DNA of 64,000 bases from IMG/VR virus record IMGVR_UViG_3300047557_002741, positions 1 to 64,000 of that record. One strand, given 5' to 3'. The position numbers were made by a program, and so were the translations under genes. Under the pieces are notes generated by a model, which saw only the letters and a list, made by a program, of their open reading frames with translations, ran no database searches and had not been told where the DNA came from. Origin of the DNA: a virus. Lineage: Duplodnaviria; Caudoviricetes. Below are positions 38,263 to 46,337 of the stretch, piece after piece. The stretch's first letter is position 1. The number at the start of each line of letters is the position of its first letter.

Positions 38263-39015
38263 TTATAGTCCCAGTTCAGTTTTTGCAACAATATATTCTT
38301 TGACTAATCCACTTCTAACAATATCTTCAATACCAAATTCAATAATATCAAATGAAGGCATTACACGAAGAATCTTCATAAAGTCAATAATACCATTCTT
38401 CTCATTAGTTTTAATTAAATCACTTTGAGTTGCATCACCACAGAACATAATTTTACTATCTTCGCCAACCCGAGTAATAATAGAATCCAATTCGTGGAAG
38501 TTGAGATTCTGAAATTCATCAACAATAATAATTGCCTTGTCTAGAGTAGTTCCGCGAATAAAAGAAGTACTCCAAAAACTAATCGTACCTTGTAGTTTGA
38601 GGTTTCCATAGAGCATTTCGAAGGATGCATCATCTGGCATTTGGAACATGTACTTCACCATGTTCTTATAAGGAATCTGGTAAAGTGAAGATTTGTCTTC
38701 ATGATCACCAGGAAGAAAACCAATTTCACGAGTAGCAACAAGAGACCTAACGATATAGATTTTTTCGTAAGGTGACCTTTCATCTAGAACATCTTGAAGA
38801 GCATTGTAGAGTGTGATAAAAGTTTTACCTGTACCAGCAGCACCATAAGCAACGATGTTTTTATGATCTTCGTATGCCTTATAAAGTAGTTTTTGATTAT
38901 CAGTAAGAGGTTCAATATCTCTCATTAAATCAGCACTGATTGGTTTCTTACGCTTCATTTGTTTTGCAGTAAGACCTACACCAATGGGTTGATCATTCGT
39001 CCTTTTTCTTGCCAT
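38263..39015 (-). CDS. phoH: PhoH-like ATPase
   Basis: G.AGTGKT, GFLPG, RG.T.D...DE.QN, GD..Q.D, DIVRSGLV. Confidence 0.95.
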   Translation of the reverse strand: MARKRTNDQPIGVGLTAKQMKRKKPISADLMRDIEPLTDNQKLLYKAYEDHKNIVAYGAAGTGKTFITLYNALQDVLDERSPYEKIYIVRSLVATREIGFLPGDHEDKSSLYQIPYKNMVKYMFQMPDDASFEMLYGNLKLQGTISFWSTSFIRGTTLDKAIIIVDEFQNLNFHELDSIITRVGEDSKIMFCGDATQSDLIKTNEKNGIIDFMKILRVMPSFDIIEFGIEDIVRSGLVKEYIVAKTELGL

Positions 39016-39023
39016 ATAAAAAA

Positions 39024-39272
39024 TTAAACTGGTTTTACTTTTGAACCTGGAACTTTTGATGCTTTGTGAAGTACATCATTCCATCCTGGATGAGACTTTT
39101 TAAGTCTATCATAAACTTCACCTACTTCTCCAGAAGATGGACAAGTTGATGGATCACTCCAATCTCTTGTCCATTCTGGATTATCATTTTTCCACTGATC
39201 CCACTCATGAACACTGAGAACAACTTCTTTTTGTTCGCCTGTGACTTTATTGTAAACTGGATACGTTGCCAA
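39024..39272 (-). CDS. Conserved cyanophage hypothetical protein
   Basis: MATYPV.NK.TGEQKE...GWNDVL.K..K.PGS. Confidence 0.7.
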   Translation of the reverse strand: MATYPVYNKVTGEQKEVVLSVHEWDQWKNDNPEWTRDWSDPSTCPSSGEVGEVYDRLKKSHPGWNDVLHKASKVPGSKVKPV

Positions 39273-39301
39273 ATTTATTCCTCCATAGTATATGAGAATA
39301 T

Positions 39302-40021
39302 TTATTCAATAGTAATAGAAGGGGGATCTGTGCATTCAGAGCATCCTTCACGAGTCCAACCAAGTGCTTCAGATACTGCAGGAAACTGACAAGTAAAAAT
39401 ACAACGTACAAGTTCAGCAATCTCCATGTGTTCTTTTTGAGTTCCATGAGCTGAGCGAAGATCGATATAATGTATCCATGACCTTACAGAACCCGTCATA
39501 TAGAGGCGTGTAGGCGTCGCTAAGGGCAGTACGAACCTTGCACACTCCTTTGCCACTCCTTTCTCTAGAAGACGATTGTAGAGACGCATAGAGTGCTCAA
39601 AATGAACACGAATGTCTTCTGTCAAAGTCAGGCGAAGATAATCTGGAATATCGTCGATTGAGTTCTGACGATTCTTATCATCCTGACGACGTAGTTCAGG
39701 AAGAGGAATAGTCTTACCAAGAAGTGTACTATCAGCATATCGTTGAGAAAATTCCTGATATGTAAAACTCCTATGACGCAAAATTTGAGCAGCAATACCT
39801 CTTGTTGTATTAATCTCTACAGTCATCGAAGCTTGTTCAAAGATACTCCAATGCTGATGTTGAATACAATACTTGAGCAATCCAGAAAACTTTTCATTCT
39901 CTTGATTTGCTGGATTAGAAACACGAGCACAGTATGCCATATGTTTCTCTGCATCTGGTGTTACAGATACAAGTTTAACTTCTGGTTTCATGAATTCGAA
40001 TTCTTCAAACATTTCTTTCAC
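39302..40021 (-). CDS. thyX: Flavin-dependent thymidylate synthase
   Basis: HWSIFE...RHRSF..QEFSQRY...E.AR..LP...R.W.H...LR...Q.E. Confidence 0.95.
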   Translation of the reverse strand: MKEMFEEFEFMKPEVKLVSVTPDAEKHMAYCARVSNPANQENEKFSGLLKYCIQHQHWSIFEQASMTVEINTTRGIAAQILRHRSFTYQEFSQRYADSTLLGKTIPLPELRRQDDKNRQNSIDDIPDYLRLTLTEDIRVHFEHSMRLYNRLLEKGVAKECARFVLPLATPTRLYMTGSVRSWIHYIDLRSAHGTQKEHMEIAELVRCIFTCQFPAVSEALGWTREGCSECTDPPSITIE

Positions 40022-40254
40022 AGTCCATCTCCATCATCATCGTTTATTAGTTTATATTTTTGATTTATATTTGTATTTTCAAATAAGTCTTCTTCATCAT
40101 CGTAAAACACTTCATCATAATCATCAATATAAGAAGCAACCTCTTCATATTGTGGTTTATAAGAATCAACATCAGAATAGACTTCTGATTTTAAACACTC
40201 TACAAGAGACTCAAGGTTTTTGATGATTAACTTAAGCTTTTCTTTATCCATCAT
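40018..40254 (-). CDS. Conserved cyanophage hypothetical protein
   Basis: [17 protein letters not shown]; acidic tail. Confidence 0.7.
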   Translation of the reverse strand: MMDKEKLKLIIKNLESLVECLKSEVYSDVDSYKPQYEEVASYIDDYDEVFYDDEEDLFENTNINQKYKLINDDDGDGL

Positions 40255-40274
40255 GATTAACCCTCACAAAGGTA

Positions 40275-40303
40275 ATTATACACAAAAAAAGAGGGGGAGT
40301 CAA
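40275..40303 (-). promoter_or_regulatory. Sigma70-type promoter nested in the terminator hairpin
   Basis: TTGACT-N17-TATAAT. Confidence 0.75.
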
Positions 40304-40314
40304 GTCCCCCTCTT
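40284..40314 (-). terminator. Intrinsic terminator of the riboswitch-peptide unit
   Basis: AAGAGGGGGA-CTTGAC-TCCCCCTCTT followed by a T-run. Confidence 0.85.
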
Positions 40315-40317
40315 ATG

Positions 40318-40416
40318 TTATTTTGCTGCCAATAGAGTGGCAAGAGATGCTTTTTTGCGTCTCTCTTCTTTTTGCTTTTTCTCTTTAATGAGTTGAAGCA
40401 CGTTGAGTTTTTTCAT
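40318..40416 (-). CDS. 32-aa basic peptide MKKLNVLQLIKEKKQKEERRKKASLATLLAAK
   Basis: TGATG overlap with the upstream peptide; AAGGAGG upstream; ends just before the terminator. Confidence 0.7.
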   Translation of the reverse strand: MKKLNVLQLIKEKKQKEERRKKASLATLLAAK

Positions 40417-40553
40417 CACTTGTGTCCCTCCTTTACAAACTTAACACCACGATAGGTTTCGTTGTATTGCTGAGGTTGTTGCATCATTTGTTGTTGATAC
40501 TCTAGACGCTTTTGAGTGTCATATTCGACACCACGATATACGACTTTTGACAT
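40416..40553 (-). CDS. 45-aa DUF4278-like peptide with two YRGV motifs
   Basis: MSKVVYRGVEYDTQKRLEYQQQMMQQPQQYNETYRGVKFVKEGHK; SD AAGGAG upstream. Confidence 0.85.
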   Translation of the reverse strand: MSKVVYRGVEYDTQKRLEYQQQMMQQPQQYNETYRGVKFVKEGHK

Positions 40554-40585
40554 TAGGGGTTCTCCTTAGTTTTTTAGGTTAAAGA

Positions 40586-40686
40586 GCGTTCCTTCAGTCG
40601 GCGTTTGCGTTCGCTATTTGCGAATAGCGAATGAACGATCCGTTCCGCGTCGGCTTACTTCCGTCTGATTTCCAGATGAACGTAAG
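40586..40686 (-). ncRNA. Tandem glutamine riboswitch-like aptamers (Downstream-peptide/glnA families)
   Basis: Two units CGUUCA-hairpin-CG..-GCCGAC-..GGAACG (40640-40686 and 40586-40639) upstream of a YRGV peptide, the known context of these RNAs. Confidence 0.8.
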
Positions 40687-40725
40687 GTCAGTATAGACCT
40701 ATTAGGATATATAGTAAAGTTTTTT

Positions 40726-40741
40726 TGTAACTTTTGTTACA
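40726..40741. promoter_or_regulatory. NtcA binding site
   Basis: TGTA-ACTTTTGT-TACA matches TGTA-N8-TACA exactly; adjacent to TTTACT-N17-TATACT (40718-40690). Confidence 0.7.
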
Positions 40742-40743
40742 AT

Positions 40744-41070
40744 TTATCTTTCAATATAACTTAACGTATGATTAGTAGCATAAAGTTGATGAATAATCAT
40801 ATCGCATCCAATCTTTGGATTGCAATCACCACAAGTATAAACATCTACTGCTGCTTTACTTTCCTCAGGCCAAGTATGAATACTGATATGACTTTCAGAC
40901 AACAAGCAAATTACAGTGACTCCCTGTGGATCAAACTTCTTTGAGATAGTCTGAATCACAGTAGCGCCACTTGCAACTGCAGCGTTTTCTAATAAGTCTA
41001 TAAGACAACGCTCGTCGTCCAAAAGAACAAACGAGCATCCATACAAGTTAAGTAGATAATGCTTCCCCAT
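40744..41070 (-). CDS. speD: S-adenosylmethionine decarboxylase
   Basis: GKH...F.PQGVT...LSESHISIHTWPE..AAVDVYTCG. Confidence 0.93.
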   Translation of the reverse strand: MGKHYLLNLYGCSFVLLDDERCLIDLLENAAVASGATVIQTISKKFDPQGVTVICLLSESHISIHTWPEESKAAVDVYTCGDCNPKIGCDMIIHQLYATNHTLSYIER

Positions 41071-41071
41071 T

Positions 41072-41263
41072 TTACAGTGGATTATCCTCCGCTTCCTTAA
41101 TCAATGAACTCACAATCTCTTCAGTACCGTCCATTGATTTAATGGCAAATAGAGATGATTTTTGATATTTTTTAATCTTTTTATATTGTTTTAAAAGTCT
41201 GTTTAAATCTTGTTTAGGAAGTTCAAATTGAACTTCAAGATCATTATTAAATCCCTTATTCAT
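41072..41263 (-). CDS. Hypothetical protein
   Basis: Likely start MNKGF overlapping the upstream stop. Confidence 0.55.
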   Translation of the reverse strand: MNKGFNNDLEVQFELPKQDLNRLLKQYKKIKKYQKSSLFAIKSMDGTEEIVSSLIKEAEDNPL

Positions 41264-41598
41264 TTTCTTTTCTTTTTTTCTGGTTTTTGATATCCCCAAA
41301 GTTTAGGATTTACTCTTCCGTATCCAAAATCAATTTTTTGAACTGCGCCAGGACCATACTTATCATAATACATATCAAAAAGATTTACTTTTTTAGAACA
41401 TCTAGTAAGATCCAAGCATGTTTCTTCATTATCTAGATACCAAATTAAATAAGCATCATTAGGAAAAGAAGTGTCTTTTGCTTTTTCAATAGTTGTTTTT
41501 TCCAGTAAAACTTCACATCCATATTCGTGTGGCAGAACTTGATTTTGTTTTTTAAAAGATTCTGCCATTTCTTTTTTCTCCTTCAGAGCAATTGTCAT
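41260..41598 (-). CDS. Conserved cyanophage hypothetical protein
   Basis: P.DAY...Y...D...FD.YYD...I..G.G..NPKLW; start uncertain. Confidence 0.65.
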   Translation of the reverse strand: MTIALKEKKEMAESFKKQNQVLPHEYGCEVLLEKTTIEKAKDTSFPNDAYLIWYLDNEETCLDLTRCSKKVNLFDMYYDKYGPGAVQKIDFGYGRVNPKLWGYQKPEKKKRK

Positions 41599-42164
41599 GA
41601 ACGACCTCCCCATTGAATATCAGGGTAAGCTTCGCTCACAATTTCTTTAGTGATTTTATACTTAGTTTGCAACTTTTTATCTTTTACAAGACAAAGAATT
41701 TCTGCTTCAAGTGGATGAAGACCTTGTAAAATATTAATGAACATTGTTTCTCTTCGAAGAGAACTTAAACTATCATTTCCACCTTTGACAAAATTATAAA
41801 ACATATTATATTCTTTACGAATAGAAGACCTTCCTTGATCCATAGATCCAAGAGAATTTGAATTCAATTCTTCCATTTTCGATACAGCATCTTCAATTTT
41901 ATTACTCAATGTTCCACTATAAGAAGTCTGTTCACCAGTACTTGCATATGGAACATCGCCTTCTGGTAAAAGTGAGATAACTGTTTCGTCAAAATTCCAA
42001 ATTAAAATTGTTTTAAGTGAAAGATCTTCGTATTTTTGAAGAACCTCTATTTTTTTATTATTTGTTCTTTGTTTTGATACTAAGTTCAAAACTTCAAAAA
42101 TAAAAGGATTTTGCGGAAGACTTTCAATTTTTGATTCAGTCTTCTTCTTCGTCGTTATAGTCAT
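41595..42164 (-). CDS. Conserved T4-like hypothetical protein
   Basis: L.WNFD....LPEG..P...RRE..FI..L.GLHP.EA. Confidence 0.75.
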   Translation of the reverse strand: MTITTKKKTESKIESLPQNPFIFEVLNLVSKQRTNNKKIEVLQKYEDLSLKTILIWNFDETVISLLPEGDVPYASTGEQTSYSGTLSNKIEDAVSKMEELNSNSLGSMDQGRSSIRKEYNMFYNFVKGGNDSLSSLRRETMFINILQGLHPLEAEILCLVKDKKLQTKYKITKEIVSEAYPDIQWGGRS

Positions 42165-42198
42165 AGGTAAAAATTTTACTCAAGTTATTTTAGCAAAT

Positions 42199-42735
42199 TC
42201 AAAGAGATTGTTCAAGTCGTTTTAACCTTCTTCTCTCTTTCTGTTTTTTATTTATCTCGTCTCTATTTTGTTCTCTATATTTTTTTGCGTATTTTAATTT
42301 TTCTTCTCTGTTGTTCCAATAATTTTTTTTAGTAATTTCTCTATTTTTTTCTCTATTCTTTTTATTTCTTTCATTTGCAAGTTCTCTTTCTCTTTGCTTA
42401 TTTTTTCTTCTATACTCCTTTGCTTTATTTTTATATGACTCTTCACGTTCTTCTTTTGAATATTTTACTTTTCCTCCTCCCTCACCACCAGAAGTTAAAT
42501 TAATGAGCAATCCACCATCAATTTTTAATCCATAAAGGTGTATCATATATTTTTCGTGAATATACGCTCCATTTTCAGAATTAAATTTCTTTAAAATAAT
42601 AATTTGATTTTTATTTTTTGGTTTAAAATCTTGTCCGTTTTTTCTTTTGTGAGCAACATATGCTCTATTTTCTTGTCCTTTACCAATATAATAAGGAGTT
42701 TTATCTTCACGCAAATAAGCGTAAGTGTAGTACAT
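42199..42735 (-). CDS. Free-standing GIY-YIG-like (Seg-type) homing endonuclease
   Basis: YYTYAY...PYYIGKG...R...E...I...L.N.T.GGEG followed by a basic helical C-terminus; ATG 42735 follows a late promoter. Confidence 0.75.
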   Translation of the reverse strand: MYYTYAYLREDKTPYYIGKGQENRAYVAHKRKNGQDFKPKNKNQIIILKKFNSENGAYIHEKYMIHLYGLKIDGGLLINLTSGGEGGGKVKYSKEEREESYKNKAKEYRRKNKQRERELANERNKKNREKNREITKKNYWNNREEKLKYAKKYREQNRDEINKKQKERRRLKRLEQSL

Positions 42736-42761
42736 TTCTGATCTGTTGTGATTCGCAATAA

Positions 42762-42769
42762 TATTTATA
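42762..42769 (-). promoter_or_regulatory. Late promoter TATAAATA of the endonuclease
   Basis: Exact motif directly after the AGAAAGGGTGC-TCT-GCACCTTTTCT hairpin. Confidence 0.75.
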
Positions 42770-42830
42770 CAAGAAAAGGTGCAGAGCACCCTTTCTACCT
42801 GATAGATGCGAACCACACAGGCATTTTTAT

Positions 42831-43058
42831 TTAGTCGTCGTCATCTTCTTCGTCATCATAATCATAATCATTTTCAAACCTGACCGAGACTATTTCGTCA
42901 GGTATAACCTGTCCATTTTCATCAAAGAACTCTGGATGCAAATATGGAGGTTTTGACTCTAACAAATGCCTATAAGTTAACCAACCTATTATACCTCCTG
43001 TCATAAAAAAGAGCAACGTGAACATTACAGTGAATGTAATTACATATGCTGTTTCCAT
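42831..43058 (-). CDS. Small membrane protein
   Basis: N-terminal TM helix, HPE.FD..G, acidic tail. Confidence 0.7.
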   Translation of the reverse strand: METAYVITFTVMFTLLFFMTGGIIGWLTYRHLLESKPPYLHPEFFDENGQVIPDEIVSVRFENDYDYDDEEDDDD

Positions 43059-43076
43059 TTATCTTCTCCAGAGAGT

Positions 43077-43301
43077 TTATTTTTTTCTAATGTCAAAATG
43101 AAATTCTATGAAAAAATGAAACTCTCTACGGAAGAGAGAAATCATTTTACCAAACTTCACTTGAAAAGTTTTTGGTGCTTCTGATTTTCTCCTCCTATTC
43201 CTAAGTAATAATTCAACACCTCGATTAATTTGAGGTTCTGATTTATTTAGTTTTCTTCTTTCTTCTTCCCGGTCGTTTATCATGACTGTACTTCCAAGCA
43301 T
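43077..43301 (-). CDS. Hypothetical cyanophage protein
   Basis: INRGVEL.LR.RR...F.REF.F; start uncertain. Confidence 0.55.
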   Translation of the reverse strand: MLGSTVMINDREEERRKLNKSEPQINRGVELLLRNRRRKSEAPKTFQVKFGKMISLFRREFHFFIEFHFDIRKK

Positions 43302-43602
43302 CCTCTAAAATGCCATACAAATAATTTTTTATTTTTCTTGCTTGTGGTTTAGAGATGTGTCCATATCCTTCACGAAGTTGTTTGTGCATTTCATCAGAAC
43401 CTCCTTCAAGATAATCGTCTAAATCTAAAATAAGATTATTCAATTCTTGTGCAGTTGAACTTTCAATGAATTCTTCAACTTCATATTTTTTTGTTCCACG
43501 AATTTTCAGATAATCATAAAATTTTAAGACAAACTGACCTTGAAAAGCATAATCAATTGCCCTTTCAACATCATAGTAGACTTCGTGAAATGTGCTATTC
43601 AT
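43243..43602 (-). CDS. Conserved cyanophage hypothetical protein
   Basis: VE.AID.AF...F.DYLK...Y.EGG...QLRE.YGH..KP.ARKI. Confidence 0.7.
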   Translation of the reverse strand: MNSTFHEVYYDVERAIDYAFQGQFVLKFYDYLKIRGTKKYEVEEFIESSTAQELNNLILDLDDYLEGGSDEMHKQLREGYGHISKPQARKIKNYLYGILEDAWKYSHDKRPGRRKKKTK

Positions 43603-43838
43603 TAAACTAGATTTTGCTCCTTAAGATATTGAACTGTATCCGTACATCCACCAATATGTTGATCATTTACAATTACTTGAGGAAAAGTAGATCCTTCTCC
43701 AAATTCTGCGTAAAATTCCTCTCGTGTAAAATCATTATTCAATTTATAAACTACATGCTGTAGTTGTGCTAACTCTAGCACTTGCTGTACTTTTGTGCAA
43801 TATGGGCAACCGTCTTTTGAATAAACCGTAAACTTCAT
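43602..43838 (-). CDS. nrdC: Glutaredoxin
   Basis: CPYC, TFPQV, IGGC. Confidence 0.9.
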   Translation of the reverse strand: MKFTVYSKDGCPYCTKVQQVLELAQLQHVVYKLNNDFTREEFYAEFGEGSTFPQVIVNDQHIGGCTDTVQYLKEQNLV

Positions 43839-43859
43839 AATTCTTTATAAAACTGAAAG

Positions 43860-44162
43860 TTATTTAGTGTTAACTGGAATTCCCTGCCCTTCTGGCAATT
43901 TAATTTGTGGCAATAAATTATCATAATAATCAAATTTTTCTGCAGACATATCATGCAGAACAACAATTTCATTAGTAGGTAATGATTTTGGCATTTCAAT
44001 ATCAACAACAGGACCCATCAGAAATTTATTGCGAGTATAAGTTCTATTCTGTGGATCAAAAGAAACCATTACAAGAGCATCAGACTCTTCGCCACAATCA
44101 ACAATTTTTTTTCCAGTTCTTTTATCCAGAACTGAAAAATATTCTTCATTATACTTTTTCAT
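43860..44162 (-). CDS. Hypothetical protein
   Basis: Likely start MKKYNEEY. Confidence 0.6.
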   Translation of the reverse strand: MKKYNEEYFSVLDKRTGKKIVDCGEESDALVMVSFDPQNRTYTRNKFLMGPVVDIEMPKSLPTNEIVVLHDMSAEKFDYYDNLLPQIKLPEGQGIPVNTK

Positions 44163-44271
44163 TATTAGAAGTCTTTTGATCATTATATGATGCTTGTGGT
44201 TTCCTGTAAAGACCAGGCCAAGTGTCTCTGATAATCTCTGCCAATTTATAAGGTGTTGTTGTTGATATCAT
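44149..44271 (-). CDS. Small hypothetical protein, 40 aa (MISTTTPYKLAEIIRDTWPGLY...)
   Basis: ORF read manually; ATGA overlap with the upstream gene. Confidence 0.55.
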   Translation of the reverse strand: MISTTTPYKLAEIIRDTWPGLYRKPQASYNDQKTSNNEKV

Positions 44272-44867
44272 TTTATAAAATTAAACCAACCTGTCGCTAT
44301 ATATTTTTCATAGTTTTTTGAAATTTGTCCTCTATGAGTATGAGTCCAAATTGCAGGCCAAATTAAAGTTAATCCTTTAATTGCAGGAGTTATAAGATTT
44401 TGATACAAAAATTCTGTTCCGCCACCAGGAACATCATTCAAATATGTCATAAAAACTAGATGCCTATAAACGTGTAGGTTTCCTTCGTTTTCAAAATGAA
44501 AAATTTTATATCCACCACCAGGTTCATAATATTGCAACATCATGTCTTCAGTCATAGTCCAAGAAGTACTATGAGCAGCATGAGCATACTCATATTTTTG
44601 ACAATATGCTTCTATGCATTTTTGAAGTTCTGTGCAATATGACAAAATTCTGTCATCATTATAATTTGGAGGAATAGTCTTATCATAGGAATCTTTACGT
44701 GATGTATCTACATTTCCTATTGATCCTATACATCCACGGTTTATTTTAATAGTCTTATCATTATTAAAAAAATCTATTAAACCATCACATATTTTTTCAT
44801 CCATAATCCAACCACCAATAAATGATGGTTGATTGTGTTTTGATTTAATTTCATATTCTTTCATCAT
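44268..44867 (-). CDS. 2OG-Fe(II) oxygenase
   Basis: Q.Y.PG.GY..H.E...MTYLNDV..GGTEF...WPA.WTH.HRG...KYIATGW. Confidence 0.85.
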   Translation of the reverse strand: MMKEYEIKSKHNQPSFIGGWIMDEKICDGLIDFFNNDKTIKINRGCIGSIGNVDTSRKDSYDKTIPPNYNDDRILSYCTELQKCIEAYCQKYEYAHAAHSTSWTMTEDMMLQYYEPGGGYKIFHFENEGNLHVYRHLVFMTYLNDVPGGGTEFLYQNLITPAIKGLTLIWPAIWTHTHRGQISKNYEKYIATGWFNFIK

Positions 44868-44881
44868 GTTATAATTTATAC

Positions 44882-45043
44882 TTAATGTCTTGATGGAGTA
44901 TAGTCGATGTCTTCCAGAATTGTTTCCAACATCTCTCCATATTCTTTAAATCTTTTATCTCCAGCAATAAAACATCTCTGACGCATCCATACCGCATCTG
45001 CAAGAAGTTTTACTTGATCTTCTGTGAGTTTTAAGGTTTTCAT
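44882..45043 (-). CDS. Small hypothetical protein, 53 aa (MKTLKLTEDQVKLLADAVWMRQR...)
   Basis: ORF read manually. Confidence 0.55.
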   Translation of the reverse strand: MKTLKLTEDQVKLLADAVWMRQRCFIAGDKRFKEYGEMLETILEDIDYTPSRH

Positions 45044-45069
45044 TTTAGTTTTGTAAATTTCTTATGTAG

Positions 45070-45735
45070 TTATTTGACGAAATACATATGACGACGATAC
45101 TGTTCACCAGGGCAGTTTTCTAAATGTTCAACTTCTTCATCTGGAAGAAAATTAACACCACCAAGAAGTTTTGCTCCAATAAAAATATCAGCAGACTTTT
45201 CACACATCAGAGTAGCAGCAGCACAATCCTTTTGATAAGGTGATGCTGTAATAATACCATGATTCTCTAGAAGAATCAACTTAGGAAAGTATCCGTGTTG
45301 GTCTACAAACTCACCAACATACTTCTCCACATTTTGAAGTAAACGAGCACCAGGAGGAGCATAAGGGACAAGGCAGGACACTACACCGTTTCTTACAATC
45401 TGGTCTGGAAACCATCTCTGACAAGCAAAATCATTGACCGCAGGAGAGCAGAGTATCTGTGTAGTCTTTGGTGGATGAGTATGTGCGATATAATTGATTT
45501 CTGGGAAGTGCTTCATAATCCAAGCATGAAAAAGCACTTCAATACTTGGTTTCTTTTGATTTGGATTTAGTTGTTGAGCATCAGTATCCACCAGAACTAA
45601 ATCATCTTCCGATAGTGTATGAAGACTTGTGCCACTTGCTTTGATTAGAAAAGTATCTTCTGTTTGTCTCTCTGATACATTACCTTCACCACAGATAGTA
45701 TAGTCAGCAATCGTGTGTGCTAAGTCTAGAAGCAT
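45070..45735 (-). CDS. Class II aldolase/adducin-family protein
   Basis: GNVS.R...ASG...KPS.E..FH...HTH...L.NHG. Confidence 0.85.
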   Translation of the reverse strand: MLLDLAHTIADYTICGEGNVSERQTEDTFLIKASGTSLHTLSEDDLVLVDTDAQQLNPNQKKPSIEVLFHAWIMKHFPEINYIAHTHPPKTTQILCSPAVNDFACQRWFPDQIVRNGVVSCLVPYAPPGARLLQNVEKYVGEFVDQHGYFPKLILLENHGIITASPYQKDCAAATLMCEKSADIFIGAKLLGGVNFLPDEEVEHLENCPGEQYRRHMYFVK

Positions 45736-45893
45736 CGTTAAGTATTGTAAAATTGTATTTAGAAATTGTATCAGATATTGAAAAAAGTTTTGTTATGGTT
45801 TCTACAAATAGTTAATAATGATAATGGTCTGTGAGTGATAGAAAGAACAAAAAGAAACCGAATGCTATGAAGAATATTAGGATTTGGAGCATT

Positions 45894-46268
45894 TTATTGG
45901 TGCTTTTGTAGATATTTAATCATTTCTTCTAGTACTGAAACATTATCTCCTACAAGTCCAAGAGCAGTGTTGCAGTTATTGCAAAGAATACCACGAACTT
46001 TATTTGAAGAATGGCAGTGGTCTATACACTTTTTATCCAAAACCTTATCACATATCTGACAGTTCTCATTTTTCATAAGTTCTGCGTACTGTTGTTCAGT
46101 TAGTTTGAACTTTCTACGCATAAATTCGTGCGGTTTATAATACTGTCTTCTATTTTTTGTCGCACACTTTTTACATCTTGGTTGCAATCCAACATTACCA
46201 GAACTAAAAGTTCTTTTGTGAAATGAACTATCTGGTAAAGAAATTTTACAATCATTGCAAGTTTTCAT
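45894..46268 (-). CDS. Endonuclease VII-family homing endonuclease (F-CphI-like)
   Basis: N-terminal CxxC...CxxC; CQIC...DHCH...VRGILC..CN..LG; directly downstream of psbA. Confidence 0.8.
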   Translation of the reverse strand: MKTCNDCKISLPDSSFHKRTFSSGNVGLQPRCKKCATKNRRQYYKPHEFMRRKFKLTEQQYAELMKNENCQICDKVLDKKCIDHCHSSNKVRGILCNNCNTALGLVGDNVSVLEEMIKYLQKHQ

Positions 46269-46293
46269 ATTTGTAATGCGTATTTTCTATACC

Positions 46294-46301
46294 TATTTAT
46301 A
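46294..46301 (-). promoter_or_regulatory. Late promoter TATAAATA of the endonuclease
   Basis: Exact motif immediately after the psbA terminator. Confidence 0.75.
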
Positions 46302-46302
46302 C

Positions 46303-46328
46303 AAAAAAGGAACTCCGAAGAGTTCCTT
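46303..46328 (-). terminator. psbA intrinsic terminator
   Basis: AAGGAACTC-TTCG-GAGTTCCTT followed by a T-run. Confidence 0.85.
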
Positions 46329-46337
46329 AACATTATA

